Source of the DNA: Syncephalis fuscata S228
Taxonomy: Eukaryota > Fungi > Zoopagomycota
Length of the DNA: 64,000 bases
Direction of reading: 5' to 3'
Assembly: GCA_025786725.1 (NCBI GenBank)
Contig: JAHLTZ010000026.1
Coordinates: 124,001-188,000 of the forward strand
In this document: one piece after another, positions 23,689 through 35,569 of the stretch
Layout of the letters: every line of letters begins with the position of its first letter
How positions within the stretch are numbered: position 1 is the first letter of the stretch
Made by a program: the position numbers and the translations under genes
The notes under the pieces: model-generated
The model's database searches: none
Told to the model about the DNA's origin: nothing
What the model saw: the letters and a program-made list of their open reading frames with translations, nothing else

Positions 23689-26600
23689 ATGAAGCTTTAT
23701 ATTGTCGTTGTCTGCACTCTTCTTGTGGCTTTTTTAGTCAGTACAGCCATGGTGGATGCTAGGCCAAACAGAATTCGTCGTGGTATGTTATAGTAATATA
23801 AATGTGCAAATTAACATACTGACGTAATATTTAATTACTTGCAATATTAGCCGGTAAGTCGTGATTAGGGATCATTGTTCCAGTGCTTACTGTATGTTAT
23901 ACAAATAATTGGTATGATAAATAGTTGGTAAGTGTTGATTGCACATAGCTATTGGTATAGTAATTAATCGTTGTCTTTAATTTAAATGGGTAAATAGCGC
24001 CATTGGCTAAAAGTAGGTTTAATATAAAACAAAAATATTATATAAATGATATCGATATTCTGTATTTATATTAATAGGAGGTAAATAGCAATAAGAATAG
24101 TTAATTTCTTATTTAATCAATACTATTTGCATTATTAAACTAGCGCTATCAAAAAGTAAGTGGTAATCTTTATAGACCAACTATGCGCTAAACATATGTC
24201 ATTAATCGTGTATGTTTAACAACTTGTATTAATAGGATGTAAGTGATATTCTATATCAACTAAATATAGACTAAACACATATTATGTACTGTGTGCGCCT
24301 GATAATTTGCATTAATAGCTTGTAAGTAGTATTGCTCATTAGCAACTATGCGCTAAACGTATGCAATATATCTTATATTTAATAACATGATATTATAGCT
24401 GGTAAGTGGTATTGTATGCTTACTAAATATGCACTAAATATATACCATGTACATTGTGTGTTTAATAACTTGACACTGTAGCTAGTAAGTGGTATTGTAT
24501 ATCGCCCAACTATATACTAAACGTATCTCACAATTTTTTGAATACTTGATAATTTATATTAATAGCCAGTAAGTAGTATTGTATATCAATTAGCAATATA
24601 CTAAACATATGCACTGTTTGTGTTTGATAACTTGATATTAATAGCTCGTAAGTGACATAGCATTCTAAGTAGATATAGATTAAACATATATGATGCATTG
24701 CGTGTAATTTATAATTTGAAATTAATAGAATGTAAGTTGTATTTTATATCAGCTAATTATACGCTAAACACTTGCAATGCACCATATGGCTTTAATAACT
24801 TATAACGACAGCTGGTAAGTGATATTATATATTGATTAGCTACGCACTAAATATATACCGTACTTTGTGCGGGATCAATAACTTGAAATTAATAGAAAGT
24901 AGGTGGTGCTATATGTTAATTAGCTATATACTAAACATGTGTCGTGTATCGTGCGTTTTCAATAACTTGTATTAATAGCTGGTAAGTAGTATTGTATATT
25001 AGCTACATATATATTAATAATGCATCATCCACTGTTTGTATTTAATAACTTGGATTAATAGATAGTAAGTGGCATTATATATGACTAATGATATGCTAAA
25101 CATATATTGTGTACTTTGTGTGCTTGATAATTTTATATTAATAGCTCGTAAGTAGCATGGTATATTAATTAGCCATAGTTTAAATATACATTATGTATTG
25201 CGTATGCCTAATAATTTGAAATCAATAGAATGTAAGTGGCATTGTATATTAATCGGCTGTGCGTTAAACGTATGCAATATATCTTGTGTTTAATAAATTG
25301 GCATTATAGCTAGTAAGTGGTATTATATATTGCTCAGCTATATACTAAGCATATGTCACATATTTTTTATGTTTGATAACCTGCATTGATAGAAAGTAAG
25401 TGACATTATATACAAATTAACTATATACTAAGCATATATCATGCACTTTGTGTGCTCAATAACTTGTATTAATAGCTGGTAAGTAATATTGCATAACAGT
25501 TAACTATATACTAAGCGTATGTTATTCACCTTGTGCGTTAATAACTTGTATTAATAGACTGTAAGTGAGATTATACATTAGCTAATTGGGCACTAAATAT
25601 GCTTTATACATTTCTTGTATTTAATAACTTTCCATTATAGCCGGTAATTAATATGTTATATTAATTACATATATATTAATAACATGCGCATGCATCTTGC
25701 GTTTCCAATAACATGTATTAATAGGAGGTGAGTGATATTTTATATCAGTCAACGATACACTAAATACATGTCATGTACTCTGCGTTTAATGATTTTTGCT
25801 AATAGAACGTAAGTGATGTTGTATATCAATCAACCATGCACTAAACATATGTCGTGCACTCTATGTGCCTAATGCTCACACAAATAGATGGTAAGTGGCA
25901 TTGTATATTAAGCAATATTTTACTAAATATATACGATGTACCACGATACCTAACAATTTCTAATAATAGTTTGTAAGCGGATTTTTTATATTAATTAATT
26001 ATACATTAAACGCGTGTGGTATACTTTCATATTTAATAACTTGACATTATAGCTGGTAAGTTGTATTTTACATTAATCAATTATGCGCTAAACATATACC
26101 ACACAAATTATGCTCGATAACTTGTATTAATAGATAGTAAGTGGTATTTTATAATAATTAACTATATACTAAACATATAATATGTGCTGTGGGTGCTCGG
26201 TAACTTGTATTAATAGCTAGTAAGCAACATTGTATATTCATCAATTATATACTAAACATATGTCATGTATTATGCTTAATAACTTTTATTACTAGATTGT
26301 AAGTTGTATTGTATGTTAATTAATTATGCACTAAACAAATGCTATACACTGTGTGGTCAATGCATTGATATTAATAGCTGGTATGTAGTAATCCACGCTG
26401 ATTAACTATATACTAAGCATATAGCATTCACCTTGTGTGTTTAATACCTTGATGTTACTAGAGTGTAAGTTGTATTGCATGTTAGCTAACTATATACTAA
26501 ATATATATCATACACTTTGTGTATTTGGTAACTTGTATTGACAGGGTGTAAGTAATGTTGAATATTAGTTAATTAGGCATTAAACGCACTTTATACATTT

Positions 26601-28181
26601 CTTGCTTTAATAATTTAAATCATAGCTAGTAAGTGATATTTTATGTCAACCAACTATCTACTAAGCATGTATTATGCATTATTGCATTTAATAATCTGGC
26701 ATTAATAGCTCGTAAGTGATATTATATGTTAGTTTAGTGCGCACTAAATATATGTCATTTACTTTGTGTTTAATAATCCGGAACTAATAGAAGGTAAGTA
26801 ATATTATATATAAATTAAATATACGCTAAACATATACCATGCATTATATTTTAATAATTTATATTAATAGCTCGTAAGTAGCATTGTATATTAATTGAGT
26901 ATGCGTTAAATATATACCGTGCACTTTGTATGCTTAACAACAATATGAATAGTTCGTAAGTGGCGTGGCATATTAACTATATGTATACTAATAATATACC
27001 ATATACCATGCATTATGTTTAATAACTTGTATTAATAGATTGTAAGTGGTGTTGTATACTAGATAGCTATGTATTAAACATAAGCAATACATCTGTGTAT
27101 TTAATGATTTGACATTGTAGCTCGTAAGTGGTATTTTATACCAATTGAATATGCGCTAACTATGCTTCATACATGGCATTTAATGATTTGTGTTAATAGA
27201 GAGTAAGTATCATTATATACCGATTAACTATGCGCTAAATATATGCAATATGTCTTTGTCTAATGGCTTGTGTTAATAGGAGGTAAGTAGTATTATATAG
27301 TAATTATTTATGTACTAAACATATACCATGCACCGTATGTTTAATGATTTGAAATTAATAGGAAGTAAGTGGTGCTATATGTTAATTACCTATATACTAA
27401 ACATATATTATGTACTGTATGTGCTTAATAACTTGCCATTATAGCTCGTAAGTGGCATTATATACTAATCAAATATGCGCTAAGCATATACTATGAATTT
27501 TGAATGCTCAATAATATATCTTAATAGGAAGTAAGTGGCATTGCATATTAATTGGCTATACATTAAACATAAACCATCATTATGCGTATTTAATAACTTG
27601 TATTAATAGAATGTAAGTGATATGCTATATTAAGTAGCTGCTCGTTAAACATATGGAATGTACTACACGCATTTAATAATTCATATTAATAGATAGTAAG
27701 TGATATTACACATTAATCAAACTACAAGCTAAATACATAGCATGCGTTGTGTGTATTTAATAATTTGTACAGTAGACAGTATGTGGTACCTTATATTAAC
27801 CAGTCATGCATTAAACATATGATATACACTGCTTGTTTAATAATTTTTAATAATAGGACGTAAGTGATAATGCATATTAATTAACAATGCGCTAATCATA
27901 TATCATGTACTGTGCGTGTTTGATGACTGTATTAATAGATGGTAAGTAACATTGTATACTAACTGATCATGCACTAAATATATACCATGCACTTTGTGTG
28001 TTTGATGGCTTACATTAACAGTCAGTAAGTGCTACTTTATACTAATTGACTATGCGCTAAATATATACCGTGCACTTTCTGTATTTAATAACTTGCAATA
28101 TAGATAGTAAGTAGGGTTATATAATACTAACTCATATGTTAATCCCATGGCATTATATATATATTCATAAATATAGACTAA
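23689..28181 (+). CDS. Micro-exon gene: 55 exons / 54 introns encoding a 92-aa secreted prepro-peptide; 51 internal exons are 3 nt
   Basis: Exon 1 is 23689-23782 (signal peptide MKLYIVVVCTLLVAFLVSTAMVDA, then RPNRIRR+g). Internal exons include 15 nt at 23998-24012 and 12 nt at 24144-24155. The 3-nt exons start at 23851, 23925, 24078, 24236, 24319, 24399, 24482, 24566, 24645, 24729, 24812, 24896, 24979, 25062, 25145, 25229, 25310, 25393, 25476, 25558, 25641, 25725, 25806, 25888, 25970, 26053, 26134, 26217, 26296, 26378, 26462, 26545, 26626, 26709, 26791, 26871, 26953, 27039, 27121, 27200, 27280, 27362, 27445, 27528, 27610, 27693, 27776, 27857, 27939, 28022 and 28104. The last exon starts at 28177 (ac+TAA). 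Every exon is flanked by YAG and a GT donor (mostly GTAAGT). The joined CDS is 279 nt with no internal stop. Confidence 0.82.
24156..28106 (+). repeat. Tandem array of 48 diverged ~82-bp units (homologous intron plus 3-nt exon)
   Basis: Approximate consensus gtaagtggtattgtatattaattaactatatactaaacatatgccatgcactttgtgtgtttaataacttgtattaatag+NNN. Mean period (28104-24236)/47 = ~82 bp. Confidence 0.95.
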
Positions 28182-28408
28182 CCAATGCATTCAAGACATT
28201 GGCATTGGTAGTATAACTGGACTGCAAGTTACATATGTTTTAGGTGTATATTCGGCAAGAATCAAGATCATTTGATAGTTCCGTTCAATCTATTTATATA
28301 TCAAGTTCCATCCAGTGCTCCGACTTACTAATCTTTAATCAATGACACCATTATATTGCTAATAAGTTTGTATTTACTTGTACTTATCCGACTATACAAA
28401 CTTTTAGT

Positions 28409-28414
28409 AATAAA
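28409..28414 (+). promoter_or_regulatory. Candidate polyadenylation signal of the micro-exon gene
   Basis: AATAAA ~230 nt downstream of the predicted stop. Weak evidence in AT-rich DNA. Confidence 0.3.
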
Positions 28415-28902
28415 CATATGGTTTCATTTTAATTATGCTTGGTCTAATTATAATGCTTATGCTTATGCTTAATTTGTATTTAAAGAGCAGTAAACAAAAA
28501 CAAAACAAAACCATAGCAAGAAATTGAATAAATATGTAGTATAAATCGCAAACATAGATCGGTGTGACTGTAGTAATAGTTCCATTTAACGCACAACTAT
28601 GCCTGTAAACATTGTAGTAATATGTGCTGGAAATATTGTATGCTATAGACAGGCATAAAGTACCTTTGTAATAAAGTAATGTATAACTGCATTTTACAAG
28701 TCAAATTCAGCTAATAACCATAAAACTACAAGTAATAAATTCATTTTGCTATTATAAATATTATTATTCAAGTTCTTTTAATAATTATAATTGAATAAAC
28801 AAATATTACTAATATATTTCGAATTAATTTACAAAGAAGACCCTTCTCTTACTATACTATTTTAACGAACTTATTTTGCTACATCGCATCATATCCGTCA
28901 GT

Positions 28903-30153
28903 TTAGACAAGTAAAAGCTCCAACTAAATAGCATTTAAATCATTAGTTTCATTAATTAGTACTATATCTTGTTTACAGCTTACATGGAGAAACGCCGTTT
29001 GACGTGGGTCACGCCACCGCAGTCCACGACTGATATAAAGCCGTCTATTCTCTTCAACCAGAAAAGCTTGTGCCTTATCGAGTGTTTCTTGATAATCGGA
29101 CTGTGTACAGCAGAATCCAAGATAGAAAACGGCACAGGAAAGACTGTGACGCAGGAATGAGCGTCCGGTACCTTCATCGCCCTGAGCAAGAATTCTATTA
29201 AGTGTCTCAATAGTCTCACGTAATTCCTCGGGTGTAACACGCCCATCAAATACTTGTGGCAGTGGATCAATCTGGAAGCGATACCGCTCGTCTGGTCGAT
29301 GATCCCGTTCAATACGAATTAAGGAATACCCATGGCTGAACTATCAGCCATAGAAGACGGCTCATTGCCATTGAGTGGGCCACCCATTGCCGATACTGCA
29401 TGGGCACCATAATAAGAAGTGCCTTCGGTATGGCCCGATTGGCTTGATAGGCCGGTTCGACCTGTGTGCACGGTTAAAGCATCTGTACGTCGTGTACTCG
29501 TCGTGCCATGTCCATGAAGAACGGCCATATCCGGCGTTATAACCGATGGCGGATTTATCGACGATAAATGCATACCAACATTCACAGGTGTCGTGCCGGA
29601 TAGATCATCAAGCTCACTGCCAGTAGCACTTCGATCAAGACAAGACTACGTCGATTCGTATAAGTATCAATTCGCAATGGTACACGTGAATCAGTAGTCA
29701 GATCAGCTGGTAGCATTGCTGGCGATGTTCGCAGTGCAGTTAATCCTACAGACGATCCAGAATCAGGTAGACCAGCAACGTAGGCAGCATCGCGTGCCAA
29801 TGCCGATTGCACACTACCACTTGAGAATTGTCGACCCAGATTGATTGAGCCACCTGTTGATGTAGAAAACTCCCAGTGATCAGGTGGACGCATTGGATCG
29901 AGTGGTGCAAAGTATGTATCGTCAGCCAAACGTGGTACACCATCCGTTTCAGCATAAGTGGTCACGCTATACGGCCTAAGCGTGGACGCATTACTGCTAA
30001 TGCCACCCGCTGATCGTTTATGAATCAGTGTATTACACCCACGTGTAAATAGTCCCCCGTGCCACTATTGGGAGCATTGGCTGTTTCTACTGTGGTATAT
30101 GGACGGTTACTGCGCGCCGGTTGCAATAAGCGTAATTGGCGTCGATCATCCAT
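28903..30153 (-). CDS. ERF4: Erf4/Golgin-A7 family protein (Ras palmitoyltransferase accessory subunit) with a long disordered N-terminus; several apparent frameshifts
   Basis: C-terminal reading with frame correction: LIRIERDHRPDERYRFQIDPLPQVFDGRVTPEELRETIETLNRILAQ..SFLRHSLSCAVFYLGFCCTQSDYQETLDKAQAFLVEENRRLYISRGLRWRDPRQTAFLH|LELLLV*. This parallels the GOLGA7/Erf4 domain. One intron at ~28924-28983. Start position is tentative. Confidence 0.7.
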
Positions 30154-31138
30154 AGTATTATTTAATTAGGTAAAAGCTTGTACTAGCGGTATCAATCAAA
30201 ATAGCCAGTAAATATTGATGATCTATCCAATGCACCTGCACTTAAAATAATCGACTATTGAATAGTAATCGGCAGTTGACAGTAACAGCAGTTGAGCAAT
30301 AGCAGTAGCAGTAGTAGAAGTAGAAGTAGAAATGAATGAAAACGCTAGACCACTACTGTTACCAAATATTAAACAACGACAGCTTGTTTGAAACACAGGT
30401 GGCAAACGGGCAATCCTGCTACAGTAAAAATAAAAGATGATGAAATTTCGCCGTAGCTATTAAGTCGAGATGTTGCGGCGCTGTTATAAATAAGATGCGA
30501 TTATGCTGTTCTTACAATATAGTAAACAACCAGACCCGTAACAATAACGTGGAATAGATAAAGAAATAAGGAGACAAGAGCGAGTAACCACCAGTGGAAA
30601 ACGAGAAGCAAAGAATAGAGAGAAATAAAAATGTTCAAGTCGGAGCCGGTAATGGAAACACCGACTAAAGAGTGACACTGCTTTATGCAATTTTAATGCC
30701 AAGGCTGCAATGTGTAGTATTTAATAGTGATCTACCGATAAATAGTTACTAAATAGCCATATAATAGTACGATTAGTAGTATAGAGTAGTATTAGTGGCA
30801 ATAAAAGCAATATTGACTGTAATAGTATTTGTATGTTTAGTGGCAATAGTAATAAGGAGTCAATAAAAGTAATAAAATGTTAATATGAACAACAATGTAT
30901 GAAAGACTAATGATCTATCAGTAAATACTTTAAATGATTGGCGAACATCAATGATCGCCGTTTATTAGTTGAAATCCATCTCTATTTTATGTTAATAGAT
31001 TTGATGGATGAGTCTATAGATGAAATAGGATATATACACAATCCATTGAATCTAAATATTTTTTCTTTCTTTCTCTCGTTCACTTTATTCAATTGTTCCT
31101 ACTGCCCTAATCTAGGCTAACGACGCATAGATCTAGGC

Positions 31139-32102
31139 ATGTCGTTGTTATCGTTGAACGGAGTACGGTCGAGAGCCGTAGCAAGATCGTGGCATATATT
31201 GCCTACGATCACGGCAGGACGCATACTCGCTACGCGTCACATTCATGCCAATGTACAACCAAAGACTGCAAACAATGGGGAAGACGTGGAAACAGAAGAG
31301 TATGTTAGTTCATACAACTATGCTGAAGATGAGGAACTATATGGATCTACTAATTTATCAGAGTTGACGACAAAGCGTACTGGTAGTAAGTCAATAGTAC
31401 TTACTTATAATTAACTATTAGTTAATTATATATGCTTTATATTTAGTGGATTCGGAAGGGGCCTTTTTTGAGCCAGAGAATGCTGAAGTTAATCATCAGA
31501 AACTTGATCGTATGGCTGATATGTTTGTGTCCATTAGTAATGAAGCAGGTAAGAAAATAGATAGATTAATTAATATTAATGAATTGCTAATGACTAATTA
31601 TAATAATAGATAAACCAATGCCTACACAAAATGAATCTTATAGATTAAGTCGTAAATTTATTCCTGGATCAGTAAGTAGAAATGATGTTATTGTATTATT
31701 GTATATTGTATTATTATATTATAATAATAATAATACAAATTATATTCAGTAAACTTACATGAATAATAGACTTATGCTCCTAAAGATCTTGACGAGGATA
31801 CTTATCGACTCTATAGAGAACGAGCAAAACATATCCGTAGACAGGATCCATTTAATCTACTAGGATTGAATCCATTGCTTGAATACAAAAATGTTGCTTT
31901 ATTATCACGATTTGTAACAGAAATGGGCCGAATTAGACCACGAACTGAAACTGGTCTATCTGGAGTTAATCAACGTCGATTATCAAAGGCTATTAAACGT
32001 TCTCGTGCCATGGGATTGATGCCATTTACATATCGACCATCGTTTGCTTTTATGCAAGAGAATCGAGGACCTGAAAATACACCTATTACATCACGTGATT
32101 AA
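31139..32102 (+). CDS. RSM18: Mitochondrial ribosomal protein S18 (bS18m)
   Basis: Arg-rich mitochondrial-presequence-like N-terminus; last exon [60 protein letters not shown] is an S18 domain. Confidence 0.92.
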
Positions 32103-32354
32103 TGGATAATAAACTTGATACTTGTTGTTAATTACTTGTCATGATCAATGAATAGAGGCAATTGTTACCAGTACACTCACACTTATTTCGACCTTATTTC
32201 CGCGTGTAACTCTTTATAGCTATTCTTCATCTATTATAATTACCTCCACGATCGCTGCCACTTTAGCGTTAGTGGACTATTGAGTAGTACTAGTCCTATT
32301 ATTGTTAACTACGGGCCAGGTAGCAGGTTTATTTAACCAGAATCCAGTTACAGG

Positions 32355-35300
32355 ATGGCGCCTTATGACGGAGCATCAACGAATCCATATGGGATGTCAC
32401 GTAATGCCAGTCAGAACAACGCCATGTCTCCTACTGGGCGGCAGCTGGACAATAATGATCTTACGCGAACATTTAGCCAGTCGAATGCACCTCGAGGTAA
32501 TCCGCGGTCACCTCCGCCTACAGGAGAACGGCCCGCTATGAATCCTTACCGCCAACGACAGTTGGAACGGACGGCGAACAATCAAAGTAGTGGCAGTATG
32601 GGTGGTTATACAAGTCAGCGTAGTGCAAGCAGCAGTGTGGATTATGGCAGTGAAAGCGCCAATCCGTATGCCCGTCCTCGTCGACAACAAGATTCAGTAT
32701 CACAGCTTAAAGATATTACTTCAACGAATACAGCGGCTAATACAGCTCATGTTGAGGACACTAATCCATTTAATCCCAAATCACCTCGACCCAATACAAA
32801 TAATGATATGGGTGAAGTCAATGCACCTCAAGATGAACAAGGAGAAGACCAGACGCGTGCTGGTGGCGGGGAACGAGGAAATAGACGCCATCAGCGTATG
32901 AGTACTTATGGTGGTCGATATGCAGCCGGTGGAGGCAGTGGACATGAGCATACAAAATCGAACAGTAGTCAGCGCAGTTTACGTAGTAGTAGAAATAGTA
33001 GTTTTAGTCAAAGTAATCGACGACGTCCTGGAGATGATGTCGAAGATGAAAATGCGTATCGTGAATTGCAACGGGAACAAGTTCATCCCGATGGTGTGTT
33101 TAATGAACTGCCTGTATTAAGTGATACATTACGTAAATTTCCAGAACTTGAAAATGATAATGTAAGTTATAAATTGGCAAACTACCATAGTAGAAATAAT
33201 AGACATTGTATAGTTTAATGCCATTGATTGGCCATGGCGCTTATGGAAAGAGGACGTCGACGAGTTGATCCAGACGCTTTCTACTCGTTATCAGAGCGAC
33301 TTGAACAAGTGGTAGATACCATTGTACGAAGTAAGAAAATATACAAGTACCATATAGAGTGTAGCTAACTAGTGGATGTTATTGATGAATAGCCCATCAT
33401 CGTAGTTTTACCGATACGATTGACGCCTATAGTAGTGTGTTGGAGGCAGTGACAGCAGCACAAAAGGCCGCATCAGAACTAAAAGCAGATATGATAGAAT
33501 GTAAAGATCGTTTAAGATTAAAACGAGGGATTTAATGCAATGGTGGACACGCAGTCAACAGCATCGAGAGATGATTCGTTTACTTGACGAAATGTATGTA
33601 AAGTAGTATTTTGATTATGATTAATAACATTTTATAGAGAGGATTTAAAAAAGGTACCTGAGCGTGTTGAACAATTGCGACAAAAGCACGAACATACAGA
33701 AGCTGTGGCCCAAGTTGTAAAAGCGCTGGATCATGTAGAGAATGGACCATTAGCGGGTATTGGTGCCTTGGCTGATTTGAAGAAACAATTACTGGCTGAA
33801 CGTAATGTAGGATAGCGATGAATATTATCCATTAGAACATATATAGCTAATAGCGATGTATCTGTATTAATAGACAATGCACGAACGTCTTATTGAAGAA
33901 TTATTAAAATTGCTTTATCTTAAGCAAAGTGATAAATCACGCGATGATGAAGATGCTGGTAAGAATATACGATTAATATGATTAACTATTATATATATAT
34001 ATTAATGGATCAAATTAAAGATACCGATGATCTATTTATTGACTGGCACAATGAGACACAAACCGGTAGTGCAGCTCGTGGACCATTGGCCCGATTGACG
34101 GTATTGTTATCATGTTTAAATGAATTAAAGAAACTACCAGAAGCATTAGAGGTAAGTGGTTGTTAATAGAATAAAGCTGTATGATAGTTATTTAATATGG
34201 TTTATAGACGGTGCGACAACGTATGCCGGCAGAAGTACATCAATTGATTGATTGCGTTATTGCTAAATTAGAACACGAATGTGCTGATCCAGTTGAATTA
34301 TTACATGCATTACAGTCGCGGTTATTACGAGTCATTGAGATTCATCGACAGATTTATATTAAGGCAGCTGAATTCCAAATGGTATGTAAATAGTTAACTA
34401 GTATGACAATAACTAATATAAAGTATGTATATAAATATAAATATATAAATATATATAGACGGATACAGATGCAGCTATTGTTACGGGTAAGTAGTATTGG
34501 GTGCAATTAACAGATACAGTTTTACTAATGGCAATAATAATAATAATAATAGAATTGGGATTAAGTTCTTATAAAGAATCGTGGATGACTGTTCAAAATG
34601 AGGTATGAATATTAATCGATTTTAATTACATTAATTAATGAATAATATTACAAATAGTTAAAATCATTCTTCTATGACTATTTGAGTGAAGATCAGCGTA
34701 ATGTTGACCCGCATACTACACCAGCAGCCAGTATTAATGAAGCATTACGTGGTAAACGTAAATTACGCGATCAACCCAAGGTAAATAAAATATATTTAAA
34801 TTAAATTAAATTAAATTATTAATTGCTTATAACTAATGTTTATGATTAATAGAAACTATTTAGATTATTGGACACTGATGCAGAGGTTGATTTTGCTGAT
34901 GCTTATGACACGGTTCAGCAGCGTATTACTATGACATTCCCTGACTTTCGTGGTGAAAAAGATAATGATGACGCAGATGGTGGTCATACTGGTACATCCC
35001 ATACTACAGATGCGTCAATTGCCATGGCTGCTGGTCTATTATCGGGCGAGAAGGCACTTGGTCGACATATTCTATTGGCCAAGCCAAGTCCGGCCGTTGC
35101 AGCTAGGCTATTTCGTCCAGTGCTTGAATTCTTGGAACGAGCTCGACGTGTTGACCGGTAAGTGGACGAATACTGCGTTTTAATAATTTATACCAATATA
35201 ATTTGTTATGATCATTTAGTATTATTGATGTACGTGATATCCTGGCCTTTATGCAAGACTTTTATACAACATTCTTTTATCCAGTCTCTGATCCCAATCT

Positions 35301-35459
35301 ACAAGATGAAATGGGTAAGTTTGGTCTTAAAGCATTGAACTATATCTAATCTATCTATCTATCGATATAGGTGGCATTAATGGTCTTACAGAAATGGTTA
35401 AAGAAGTTATGGGTGAAGCACTACTTGAACCGGTTACTTTCTCATTGGAAGAGTCATAA
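32355..35459 (+). CDS. SEC8: Exocyst subunit Sec8/EXOC4-like protein, apparently short at the C-terminus
   Basis: After a disordered N-terminus: HHRSFTDTIDAYSSVLEAVTAAQKAASELKADMIECKDRLRL...WWTRSQQHREMIRLLDEIEDLKKVPERVEQL...LAGIGALADLKKQLLAERNTMHERLIEELLKLLYLK, typical of the Sec8 N-terminal domain. Also W..VQNE.KSFFYDYL and KLFRL. Confidence 0.8.
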
Positions 35460-35569
35460 TGTTGATCATTTTTGGACTTATTTCTTATGATTATATGTGT
35501 GTGCGTGCTTTTGTAAATATACATTAGAAAGTGATGCTGCCTTCATTTGTCTCCATTTAATATAGTCAT

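Noticed and set aside
23556-23762. 68-aa ORF from the ORF track
   Set aside because: It overlaps the real exon 1 (ATG 23689) in another frame, starts at a non-ATG codon and has no recognisable features.
24156-28106. CRISPR array or simple non-coding satellite interpretation of the 82-bp repeats
   Set aside because: The context is eukaryotic with no cas genes, and the variable part is only 3 nt. The conserved parts are exactly spliceosomal donor and acceptor signals, and the triplets join a signal-peptide exon to an in-frame stop.
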